64,000 nt of DNA from Candidatus Vogelbacteria bacterium (GTDB lineage: Bacteria; Patescibacteriota; Minisyncoccia; Phycocordibacterales; XYD1-FULL-46-19). Positions 29,600-37,817 of this stretch are shown in pieces. The notes below the pieces were generated by a model that was not told the DNA's origin, did no database searches, and saw nothing but the letters and a program-made list of their open reading frames with translations. The first letter of the stretch is position 1. Every line of letters begins with the position of its first letter. The position numbers were made by a program, and so were the translations under genes. The stretch is taken from assembly GCA_021414225.1 (NCBI GenBank), contig JAIOOX010000002.1, positions 25,113-89,112 of the forward strand, written 5' to 3'.

Positions 29600-29833
29600 A
29601 TGCAAAACGTAGCAATTTATACGACTCCAACTTGCCATTATTGTAAGATGGCCAAAGCCTTCTTCCAGGAGAAAGGGATTGAATATAAGGAATATGATGT
29701 TTTGGCTGATATGGCCAAACGAGAAGAAATGGTGACCAAAAGTGGTCAAATGGGTGTGCCGGTGATTACTGTTGATGATGAGTTGGTAGTTGGTTTTGAT
29801 CAAGAGAAGCTATCTGAATTACTTGGTCTATAG
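29600..29833 (+). CDS. glutaredoxin/NrdH-like redoxin
   Basis: YTTPTCHYC, SGQMGVPV, VGFD. Confidence 0.93.
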   Translation: MQNVAIYTTPTCHYCKMAKAFFQEKGIEYKEYDVLADMAKREEMVTKSGQMGVPVITVDDELVVGFDQEKLSELLGL

Positions 29834-29885
29834 TTTAATTTTAGGGTTGATTATGTCACAATAGGCGGGTTAGACCGCCTATTTT

Positions 29886-29957
29886 GCCCTCGTAGTTAAA
29901 TGGATATAACAGTCCCGTCCTAAGGGATAGTTGTAGGTTCGATTCCTACCGAGGGCA
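29886..29957 (+). tRNA. tRNA-Arg(CCT)
   Basis: Cloverleaf, gtccc-gtCCTaa-gggat. Confidence 0.9.
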
Positions 29958-30004
29958 CAAAAAGTCTTTGATTTTAGGGGGTTGTTTTGGTATAGTATTC
30001 TGGT

Positions 30005-30256
30005 ATGGCTGATTTACAAGAAGTAGAGCAATTGGCTCGAGATAATAACCGTATCCTACACAAGCTTCTGGCCCACCAGAGATATTCTACGATAATTAGT
30101 GTTTTAAAATGGGCCTTGATCATTGGAACCGCTTTAGGGACCTATTATGCTATTCAGCCATACTTAGAGGGAGCTTTAAAGACTTATCAAGATTTAGGTA
30201 TTAATGTTGAACCCTTTAGAGTGATGTTTGGACTCGGTGAGGAGGTTAATAAATAA
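30005..30256 (+). CDS. small membrane protein
   Basis: 83 aa, DNNRILHKL..one TM..IQPYLE. Confidence 0.7.
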   Translation: MADLQEVEQLARDNNRILHKLLAHQRYSTIISVLKWALIIGTALGTYYAIQPYLEGALKTYQDLGINVEPFRVMFGLGEEVNK

Positions 30257-30262
30257 AGATAA

Positions 30263-30335
30263 GCTTGGGTAGCTCAGTTGGTAGAGCATTCCCCTGAAGA
30301 GGGAAGGGTCGCCGGTTCGAGACCGGCCCCAAGCA
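30263..30335 (+). tRNA. tRNA-Phe(GAA)
   Basis: ttccc-ctGAAga-gggaa, canonical D and T arms. Confidence 0.95.
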
Positions 30336-30349
30336 CACTTCGACAAGCT
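30333..30349. repeat. REP-like motif gcacacttcgacaagct at the tRNA-Phe 3' end
   Basis: Identical 17-mer at 29236-29252. Confidence 0.7.
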
Positions 30350-30366
30350 CAATGTAAAACACATTA

Positions 30367-30400
30367 ACCAAAAATCCGCCATTTGGCGGATTTTTGGTTT
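30367..30400. terminator. bidirectional terminator
   Basis: aaccaaaaatccgcca-tt-tggcggatttttggtt. Confidence 0.8.
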
Positions 30401-30402
30401 TA

Positions 30403-30885
30403 TTATTGAACAGACCTTACTTTCAATTTGGCGCTTTTTTCTTTATCTATTTTAGGTAGTCTTAGAGTAAGAAGACCATGTTTTTCAATTGCCTCTGATT
30501 CTTCCGTTTCTATTTCAGCTGGTAGAAGGATGGTTCTAGTAAAACTACCCCAGTATAATTCCTTTTGGAAATAGTCTTCAGGGGACACGTTGCCTGATCG
30601 CTCTCGGCGGCCTTTGATAGTTACCATTTCTCTAGTAATGGATATTTGTAAATCTTCTGGCTTAACTCCAGCCACCATGCTCTGAATAATTATTTCACTT
30701 CCGGTTTGGTATACATCGACAGCTAACTCACCTTCCTCCTCTTCCTCTTCTTCCTGCCAGGTAGGGGTTTGGGGACGAGTTTTTGGTGTTGGTTCTTCTT
30801 GGTATTCAGTTTCTATGTCTCGATCGTCCGCAACAGAAATAGTTCCAGTGATACGTTCGAAAAATGATCTTTTGTCTTTAGGCAT
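30403..30885 (-). CDS. Hsp20/alpha-crystallin small heat shock protein
   Basis: LAVDVYQT, AGVKPEDL, ELYWGSFTRTILLP, HGLLTLRLPK. Confidence 0.92.
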   Translation of the reverse strand: MPKDKRSFFERITGTISVADDRDIETEYQEEPTPKTRPQTPTWQEEEEEEEGELAVDVYQTGSEIIIQSMVAGVKPEDLQISITREMVTIKGRRERSGNVSPEDYFQKELYWGSFTRTILLPAEIETEESEAIEKHGLLTLRLPKIDKEKSAKLKVRSVQ

Positions 30886-30895
30886 AGGTAATAGG

Positions 30896-31690
30896 TTAGT
30901 TGTTAAGAATAGACTTAGTTACTTTAAAGTTTGGCATGCACACAATTCTTTTTACTCGTTCGAAAAAATAAATTACTAAAATGGCGGCCACCCAGAGGAC
31001 GAGAAAAATTTTAAACATCTGTGCAGTGCTTGATACAATTATAAAAAAGTTAAAGATCGTATGCAAGAGCGTAGCAATGATAAGTCCAAAAACAAAAGTT
31101 AAAATTCTTTTTTTAACACTGGAACAAAAAGTTAAAGCGATAGCTCCGCCAACGACCGCTGAAGAAACAATATGAACTACGGTGGCACCTAGAAACCGAA
31201 GATTACCAGTGAGAATAAAATAGAGGTTGTTTTCTCCAGAGGTTAGAGTGTTGATTAAAAAGAAAGTATTTTCAATAGCCGCAAAACCAATGGCGGCGGT
31301 AATAATGTAAACCATAGCGTCGATAGGTTCGTCAAAGGATTTGCTACTGAAAGCGGCGATTACGGTCGCTAAAAATTTAACTATTTCTTCGATAAAAGCC
31401 CAAACCAGTAAGAAGGGGACAGATGCAAAAAAGAAACCCCAAGACCAACCTGGATTAGATAGGTCAAAAGAGAGGTTATAGGCATTTTCCATCAGCGGTA
31501 CGGTTGAACGTTGTAAAATGAAAGCTAAAAAAACAAATAAACCACCGAGTAAAAAGGTTCTCAATATTAAACCAATGGGTTCGGGGCGGCGATTGTCTTC
31601 TCGTAACCAAAAAAATAACCAGACCAGAGCTGGAAAAAAACCACCAACAATGGCAAAGAGAATAAATTTAGGATCGAGAATATTAAGCAT
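30896..31690 (-). CDS. prsW: PrsW family intramembrane metalloprotease
   Basis: EEIVK, FDEPIDAMVY, GFAAIEN, conserved His residues. Confidence 0.88.
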   Translation of the reverse strand: MLNILDPKFILFAIVGGFFPALVWLFFWLREDNRRPEPIGLILRTFLLGGLFVFLAFILQRSTVPLMENAYNLSFDLSNPGWSWGFFFASVPFLLVWAFIEEIVKFLATVIAAFSSKSFDEPIDAMVYIITAAIGFAAIENTFFLINTLTSGENNLYFILTGNLRFLGATVVHIVSSAVVGGAIALTFCSSVKKRILTFVFGLIIATLLHTIFNFFIIVSSTAQMFKIFLVLWVAAILVIYFFERVKRIVCMPNFKVTKSILNN

Positions 31691-33869
31691 TAGAACTTGG
31701 CCAAGGTTCTATGATTAGTAGTTGACCCTGAGCTTCTTCTATCATACCCCAAATTTCTTCGGTTATAAATGGCATAAATGGGTGTAAAAGCTTAAGGTTG
31801 GTGATTAAAATATAGCGTAAAGTATATTGAGCGGACATTTTTTCTACTTCAGTTCCAGTTTTTAATTTATTTTTACAATCTTCAATAATTTCGTCAGCAA
31901 AAGTGTGCCAGAAATAGTGATACAATTTTTCGGAAGCTAAATGAAGACGATAGTTATTAAGATCGTCGGTTATCTCGGTGATAGTAGTTTCTAGTTGAGT
32001 CAAATAAGCTAAGTCGGTGTCAGTTAAGGTTGGTTTATTATTTAAATCAATCGGATTGGTATTTTCTAACACAAAGCGACTAGCATTCCAGATTTTATTG
32101 GCAAAGTGTTTATAAGCTTTAATCTTATTTTCATCAAAGCGGACGTCTAGACCAATACTAGAACCGGTGATTAGACCCATACGTAAAGCGTCAGCTCCAT
32201 ATTTGGCGATAATATCCAAAGGATCAATCCCATTATTAAGCGATTTACTAAATTTCTGACCTTTACTGTCACGGAGTAAGCCGTGAATAAGGACCTTCTT
32301 GAACGGTACTTGGCCTAAATGAAAACCACTCATCAAGATCATTCGTGAGACCCATAGATTAAGAATCTCGTAAGCTGGTGACATAAAAGAAGTAGGGTGA
32401 AAGGTCTTTAAGTCGGGAGTTTGGTTTGGCCAACCTAAAGTCGAAAACGTCCATAAAGCCGATGAAAACCAAGTATCTAAAACATCTTCATCTTGAAGCC
32501 AGTCACCACCGGTTGGAGGGGTAATTCCGCAATAAATTTCATCGCCTTTGTACCACACCGGAATTCGATGACCAAACCAAATCTGACGGGAAATACACCA
32601 GTCACGCAAGTTTTCAATCCAGTGCATGTAGGCTTTACGAAAACCTTCTTGGGGCATATCAACTGCACCACTGTTTACGGCAGTTAGCATGATGGTTTTG
32701 AGGGTGGTTTCTGATCCACTTTCGATACCTGGGATTTCTGAGTGAGGTAGGGTAAATTTCTTGTTAACGTCAATAAACCACTGCTCCATTATTTGAGGTT
32801 CAATAATTCCACCAGTACGTTCGGCGGTAGAGATATTGTGAGTATAGTCTTCTATTTTCTCAACCAAATTTTTAGATGCTAGTTTCTCAACAATTTTTTC
32901 GCGAGCATCTTTAATTTTTAGTCCAGCAAATTCGCCAGCGATTGGTAAAAGTTTGCCGTATTGATCAATGATTTGCTCTTTATCAAGTTGATGACGTTCC
33001 GCGATTTCAAAATCAACCATCGAGTGCCAAGGAGTAATGGTCATCACTCCAGTGCCGAATTCCATATCGATCGCTTCATCTTTAATAATAGTGGCCGTAA
33101 TTGGGCCGTTAATCCACTCTAATTCAATAGTTTGGCCATGAGTGTAATCTTGATAGCGCTCATCTTTAGGGTGCATGACGACATATTTGTCGCCAAATTT
33201 AGTTTCAGGTCTAGCGGTCCCAATCACAAACGGCCCGTATTTTAAGTAATAAAATTTGGTCTTTTCTTCCTCATAGACAATCTCATCATCTGAAATAGTG
33301 GTTTGTCCTTTGGTGTCCCAATTAACAATGCGATGACCACGGTAAATTAGGCCAGCTTGATACATGTTTACAAAAGCTGTAGTCACGGCATTGTAACGAA
33401 CTTGGTCCATTGTGTAAGCATAACGAGACCAATCAAGTGAGGAACCAACTTTTCTAACTTGACTTAAAATAGTGTTTTCGCTTTGTTTAGCAAAATCGGC
33501 TACTCGTTTAACCAACTCCTCGCGCCCTAAATCGTGACGGTTTTTCCCCTCTTCTTTTTGAATATTTTTTTCAACGCGAGCTTGAGTGGCGATAGCGGCT
33601 GAGTCCGTACCGGGAATCCAAACGGTTTTTTTACCGGTCATGCGTTGGTAGCGGATTATAGCGTCTTGAAGAGAGTTTTCATAAGCATGGCCTAAGTGTA
33701 AGACGCCGGTCACATTTGGTGGTGGTAAGACAATACTGAAAGCCTCTGGGCGATCGCCTGGCAAATTGTCGGGGTTAAAGTAACCTGATTTTTCCCAAAT
33801 ATCGTAAATCCGACCCTCGGTTGAGGTTGGTTCATAAGGTTTGGTCAATTTATCTGGGATTTGGGACAT
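31683..33869 (-). CDS. valS: valine--tRNA ligase (short form)
   Basis: PPPNVTGVLHLGH, DWCISRQIWFGHRIP, DVLDTWFSS, KFSKS. Confidence 0.95.
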   Translation of the reverse strand: MSQIPDKLTKPYEPTSTEGRIYDIWEKSGYFNPDNLPGDRPEAFSIVLPPPNVTGVLHLGHAYENSLQDAIIRYQRMTGKKTVWIPGTDSAAIATQARVEKNIQKEEGKNRHDLGREELVKRVADFAKQSENTILSQVRKVGSSLDWSRYAYTMDQVRYNAVTTAFVNMYQAGLIYRGHRIVNWDTKGQTTISDDEIVYEEEKTKFYYLKYGPFVIGTARPETKFGDKYVVMHPKDERYQDYTHGQTIELEWINGPITATIIKDEAIDMEFGTGVMTITPWHSMVDFEIAERHQLDKEQIIDQYGKLLPIAGEFAGLKIKDAREKIVEKLASKNLVEKIEDYTHNISTAERTGGIIEPQIMEQWFIDVNKKFTLPHSEIPGIESGSETTLKTIMLTAVNSGAVDMPQEGFRKAYMHWIENLRDWCISRQIWFGHRIPVWYKGDEIYCGITPPTGGDWLQDEDVLDTWFSSALWTFSTLGWPNQTPDLKTFHPTSFMSPAYEILNLWVSRMILMSGFHLGQVPFKKVLIHGLLRDSKGQKFSKSLNNGIDPLDIIAKYGADALRMGLITGSSIGLDVRFDENKIKAYKHFANKIWNASRFVLENTNPIDLNNKPTLTDTDLAYLTQLETTITEITDDLNNYRLHLASEKLYHYFWHTFADEIIEDCKNKLKTGTEVEKMSAQYTLRYILITNLKLLHPFMPFITEEIWGMIEEAQGQLLIIEPWPSSNA

Positions 33870-33959
33870 ATTGCCAATAGTAGCAAAGAAACTGATATTT
33901 TAAAACACAGCCCTAATGTGGTATAATGATACTCTAGGTATTAATTAGCTTATTAAATT

Positions 33960-34778
33960 ATGAAATTTATACAATCCATTAAAGACAGTGTTTATGGCCC
34001 TGCTCTATATAAAAAACTGGTCGCTGGGGGAGTGCCCTTCGGGACATCGGTTCGTTACTTACTAAAGTTGTTGGCGTTGGCTACTTTAGTGTCTTGGCTC
34101 ATGCTGGCTTCAGCGGCTGGAGGACTTCTCTACTTTGGGGCTAAGGTGATAGGTCCAGAGTTGGTTAATCAATATCCTGCCGAATTAGAAGTGGTGGTAA
34201 AGAATGGACAAGTTTCTACTAATGTAGCCTCCCCATATATGATTGCCCTGCCAGCCGATAAAGTTAAGGCGGGGGCAGAATCAATTACGAATGTTTTGGT
34301 GATTGACGTGGTTAATGAACCAACTTATGAAAAGTTTTCGGAATACAAAACCTTGGCTTTAGTTAGTCAAAAAACAGCTTGGTATAAAAACGAAGACGGT
34401 CAAGTAACGATTGTTTCTCTCGAAAAGTTTCCTAATGTAACAATCAACAAAATGTTGGTTGATGTGTGGTATCCAAAAGTAGCGATGTTCTTGAAAGGCG
34501 CTTTTGGAGTCTTTATTTTGGTGTTATTCCCAATTATTTACGCCGGCCTGATTATTTATTATCTAATCTATCTATTGTTAGCCGCTTTGTTGGTATTTGG
34601 TTTGTTAAAAATCTTAAAAATACCCGCTAACTATAGTCGGTCATATCAACTAGCTATTCACGGGGCTACCTTAACTATTGTAGTAGGAGCGGTAGCTTTT
34701 CTCTTGCCAGTGGTGGAGTTTCCTTTTTTGGGAACTTTGATCTTGTTGGCGGTGGTGGGAGTAAACTTGAAGAAGTAA
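33960..34778 (+). CDS. DUF1189-like membrane protein
   Basis: Same architecture as 16604-17452 (SVYGPALY, YPAELEV..NG.V.TNV..P). Confidence 0.7.
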   Translation: MKFIQSIKDSVYGPALYKKLVAGGVPFGTSVRYLLKLLALATLVSWLMLASAAGGLLYFGAKVIGPELVNQYPAELEVVVKNGQVSTNVASPYMIALPADKVKAGAESITNVLVIDVVNEPTYEKFSEYKTLALVSQKTAWYKNEDGQVTIVSLEKFPNVTINKMLVDVWYPKVAMFLKGAFGVFILVLFPIIYAGLIIYYLIYLLLAALLVFGLLKILKIPANYSRSYQLAIHGATLTIVVGAVAFLLPVVEFPFLGTLILLAVVGVNLKK

Positions 34779-34791
34779 TTTTTAAACAGTT

Positions 34792-35952
34792 TTAAAGTGA
34801 GGCATTACCTTCGGCTTTTAGTCGAGGGTTTTTGCTTGGCTTTTTCGAAAATTGACCAATGTAACCAGCGGCGGCAATCATAGTGGCATTGTCCGTGGCG
34901 TGAGTAAATTCGGGAATCAAGAGCTTAACTTGGGGGTGTTGTTCTTGGAGTTTAGTTTTAAAGGCTTCCCGTAAAGCGGTGTTGGAAATAACCCCACCAC
35001 CGATGATTAAAGTCCTAATCTTGTGTTTAGTGAGGGCTTTTAAAGTTTTAGTCGTTAAAACATCAATGACTGCGTCTTGAAATTCTTTGGCAATAGCTAA
35101 TTTGTCAGCCTGATTTAGGTCTCCATGTTTATTGATCGCATACAAGACTGAAGTTTTAATTCCCGAAAAAGAAAAGTCAAAATCACCGGAGTGAAGCATG
35201 GGACGAGGAAATTTCCAATCGATATTATTTATTTTTTGTTTTGACGCTTGTTCGGCCAGCTTACTAATCTCTGGTCCACCTGGGTAAGGTAAGCTCATTA
35301 AGCGAGCGACTTTGTCGAAGGCTTCACCAACAGCGTCATCACGAGTCTGACCAATTTTTTTATATTTCCATGGTTCTTTAACTAAAATCAATTCGGTGTG
35401 GCCGCCAGAAATCAATAGAGCTAGGGCAGGGAAAATAACTTTGGTTTTAGGGATGAGAAGGGGTGAAAGGATATGGCCAGCCATGTGGTCCGCACCCAAC
35501 ACTGGTTTATTCCAAATGACACTCAAAGCTTTAGCAAAGTTAATGCCGACCCACAAGGCTGGTTCGAGGCCTGGGCCAGTGGTGACAGTAATTAGATCTA
35601 TTTTAGGTACTGCGATGTGAGTTAGTGATTGATTGATATTAGTTAATAGGTCTGGTTCGCGGACCAAAATCTGGGTTATGGTTTTTTCAGTTCGGGTATT
35701 TATTAGTGAAGCCTTAGATGATTTTAATAATTTAGCTTCAGTGAGAGCTTGAATCAGAATTGGCACTAAATTATTAGAATGTTCTCGTTTGGCTAGTGAT
35801 GGCACCACGCCTCCATATTGGGCGTGGAGTTTAACCTGAGAGGATATCTGGTGAGCTAGAACCTTGAATTTAGGGGCTGATTTTGACCCGCTGGCAGCCA
35901 CAAGACTGATAGCGGTTTCGTCGCAACTGGTTTCGATGGCTAATATTTTCAT
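34792..35952 (-). CDS. tsaD: tRNA N6-threonylcarbamoyltransferase TsaD
   Basis: MKILAIETSCDET, GGVVP, GPGL, HMAGH, SGGHT, DDAVGEAFDK, FSFSG, TDNATMI; true start ATG 35952. Confidence 0.95.
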   Translation of the reverse strand: MKILAIETSCDETAISLVAASGSKSAPKFKVLAHQISSQVKLHAQYGGVVPSLAKREHSNNLVPILIQALTEAKLLKSSKASLINTRTEKTITQILVREPDLLTNINQSLTHIAVPKIDLITVTTGPGLEPALWVGINFAKALSVIWNKPVLGADHMAGHILSPLLIPKTKVIFPALALLISGGHTELILVKEPWKYKKIGQTRDDAVGEAFDKVARLMSLPYPGGPEISKLAEQASKQKINNIDWKFPRPMLHSGDFDFSFSGIKTSVLYAINKHGDLNQADKLAIAKEFQDAVIDVLTTKTLKALTKHKIRTLIIGGGVISNTALREAFKTKLQEQHPQVKLLIPEFTHATDNATMIAAAGYIGQFSKKPSKNPRLKAEGNASL

Positions 35953-35954
35953 AG

Positions 35955-36041
35955 CGGAGGAGAAGAGATTTGAACTCTTGATACGGTTTCCCGTATGCCG
36001 GTTTTCGAAACCGGTGCCTTCAACCACTCAGCCACTCCTCC
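35955..36041 (-). tRNA. tRNA-Ser(CGA)
   Basis: ggaggag acceptor, ccggt-ttCGAaa-accgg, long variable arm. Confidence 0.93.
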
Positions 36042-36130
36042 GTGGGCAATAACCTTGTTTTTACCCTAACGCCTGAATCCTAACACTTTTTTGCGATTTT
36101 TCAAAAAAGTGTTATAGTATCCTCGTTTAA

Positions 36131-36202
36131 GGCCCTATCGTCTATCGGTTAGGACACAAGCTTTTCAAGCTTGGAAGCAGGGTTCGACTCCCTGTAGGGT
36201 CA
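36131..36202 (+). tRNA. tRNA-Glu(TTC)
   Basis: caagc-ttTTCaa-gcttg, GGTTCGACTCC. Confidence 0.95.
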
Positions 36203-36546
36203 CATTAAGTTTTACTTATCTGCTATTTAGGTTTATGATAATTCATGGATACAAAAGCGCTTGTGGAGGCAAGTGTGGTGTCTAGGTTTTTCCCGGGCTA
36301 GGTAGACTCAACACACAGTTACAATCTCAAACTCCTTCCCCCCCCCTGCAATCTGTTCCAGATTGCGAGTCTCTCCGTTGTGGGTGACTTTGCTCCCCTT
36401 GATTTGACTCTATGTGGTGGAGATTGCTAGTCCCTAGCCACATTGGTGTCACCTTCCTCTTTAAGTCCCCACAAGCCTTGCCCGGGGACCTTTTCTTTTC
36501 TCGACTAAATTGACTAAATTTGATAGATTTAATTTCATTAAAAGAA

Positions 36547-36618
36547 GCGCCCTTAGCTCAGTGGTAGAGCGTTACATTGACATTGTAAAGGCCATAGGTC
36601 CAATTCCTATAGGGCGCA
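36547..36618 (+). tRNA. tRNA-Val(GAC)
   Basis: ttaca-ttGACat-tgtaa; atypical T-loop TCCAATT. Confidence 0.88.
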
Positions 36619-36623
36619 CTAAT

Positions 36624-36666
36624 TAAATAAAAAATCCCAGAGTCAGACTCTGGGATTTTTTATTTA
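36624..36666. terminator. bidirectional terminator
   Basis: taaataaaaaatcccagagtc-a-gactctgggattttttattta. Confidence 0.8.
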
Positions 36667-36668
36667 GA

Positions 36669-37595
36669 TTATTTTAGATGTAAGTAATTATAAATATCTT
36701 CTACTGCTTTGATGGCATCCCCGGTGGCAATGTTGTTTTGTTGATAAAGCGCGTCGGTACAATCGCCAGCGGCCCAAATACCTACACAGCTAGATTTTTG
36801 AGTTTTGTGATTAATAATAATTGCTCCAAAAGAAGTTAGATCTACTAGATCTTTAACAAAACTAGTATTAGGGGTATGACCAATCTCAACAAAGATTCCT
36901 TTGACTGGTAGTTCTGTTAGTTCTGCTGTCTCCTTGTTTTTGTAAGTTAGACTAGAAACAAATTTATCGCCTTTAATTTCTGCTAGTTCAGCGTTGGTGA
37001 CGATTTTAAAATTAGGTTTTTTAAGTAGGGTATCAATAGTTATTTGATCAGCTCTGAATTCGGCTGAGCGGTGAATTAGGGTGACTGATTTACAATAAGC
37101 TAGCAATTGGCCTGCGGTTTCAAAAGCGGCGTTGCCACCACCAAGGACAGCGACATCTTGTCCGGCAAACAAAGGTCCGTCACAAGAAGCACAGTAAGTT
37201 AAACCTTTTTGATCGAACTCTGCCGCTCCTGGTACGGTTAGTTTTCGACGGTTTGAACCGGTGGCTACTAGAATCGTTTTGGCTTGATAAACTTCTCCTG
37301 ATTCGGTGGTAATAGTGAAGTTGCTATCTTGGCCAGTTACATTAGAAACCTTGGATCCAGTCTTGATGGTCAAAAAATCACCCTCGTAACTTTTGACATG
37401 GTCGGCTAGTTTTTTAGCTAAATCTTCACCGGAGATTTTTTGTTCACCGATCCAATTATAAATTTCAGGTGAGACGATGGATTGACCACCAAACTCAGTT
37501 GTCAAAAAGATAGTTTTTAGTTGTTTGCGAGCAGCATAAACACCAGCGGCATTGCCGGCTGGACCACCACCAATAATTGCTAAATCGTAGATCAT
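36669..37595 (-). CDS. trxB: thioredoxin-disulfide reductase (TrxB/AhpF-like)
   Basis: IIGGGPAG, YCASCDG, GGGNAA, WAAGDCT; start placed at ATG 37595. Confidence 0.88.
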   Translation of the reverse strand: MIYDLAIIGGGPAGNAAGVYAARKQLKTIFLTTEFGGQSIVSPEIYNWIGEQKISGEDLAKKLADHVKSYEGDFLTIKTGSKVSNVTGQDSNFTITTESGEVYQAKTILVATGSNRRKLTVPGAAEFDQKGLTYCASCDGPLFAGQDVAVLGGGNAAFETAGQLLAYCKSVTLIHRSAEFRADQITIDTLLKKPNFKIVTNAELAEIKGDKFVSSLTYKNKETAELTELPVKGIFVEIGHTPNTSFVKDLVDLTSFGAIIINHKTQKSSCVGIWAAGDCTDALYQQNNIATGDAIKAVEDIYNYLHLK

Positions 37596-37655
37596 AAGTT
37601 TGTCTATTGTAACATAAAAGTTTTCACTAGCCACTGCTTTTAAGAGCTAAACGAG

Positions 37656-37809
37656 ACTAGTTCTGTAACAAACCCTTGCGTAACTGTCGACTAGCTGGTT
37701 TTTGCCTCATGGTTTTAGGCTGGTACTCCAGTAAGGCAAAATAGCCGACGTGGAGCAGAAGAAAACCACCCGCTGGGGTGGTTTTCTGTGGTTTGGAGCA
37801 GAAGCTAGT
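37656..37809. repeat. structured dispersed element, family II, copy 2
   Basis: Core 37669-37795 is the reverse complement of 21925-22051; different outer inverted repeat. Confidence 0.9.
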
Positions 37810-37817
37810 TGAGTGAT

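Noticed and set aside
35953-36027. 25-aa N-terminal extension of TsaD in the ORF track
   Set aside because: It is the tRNA-Ser(CGA) sequence read in frame; the family start is MKILAIETSCDET at 35952.
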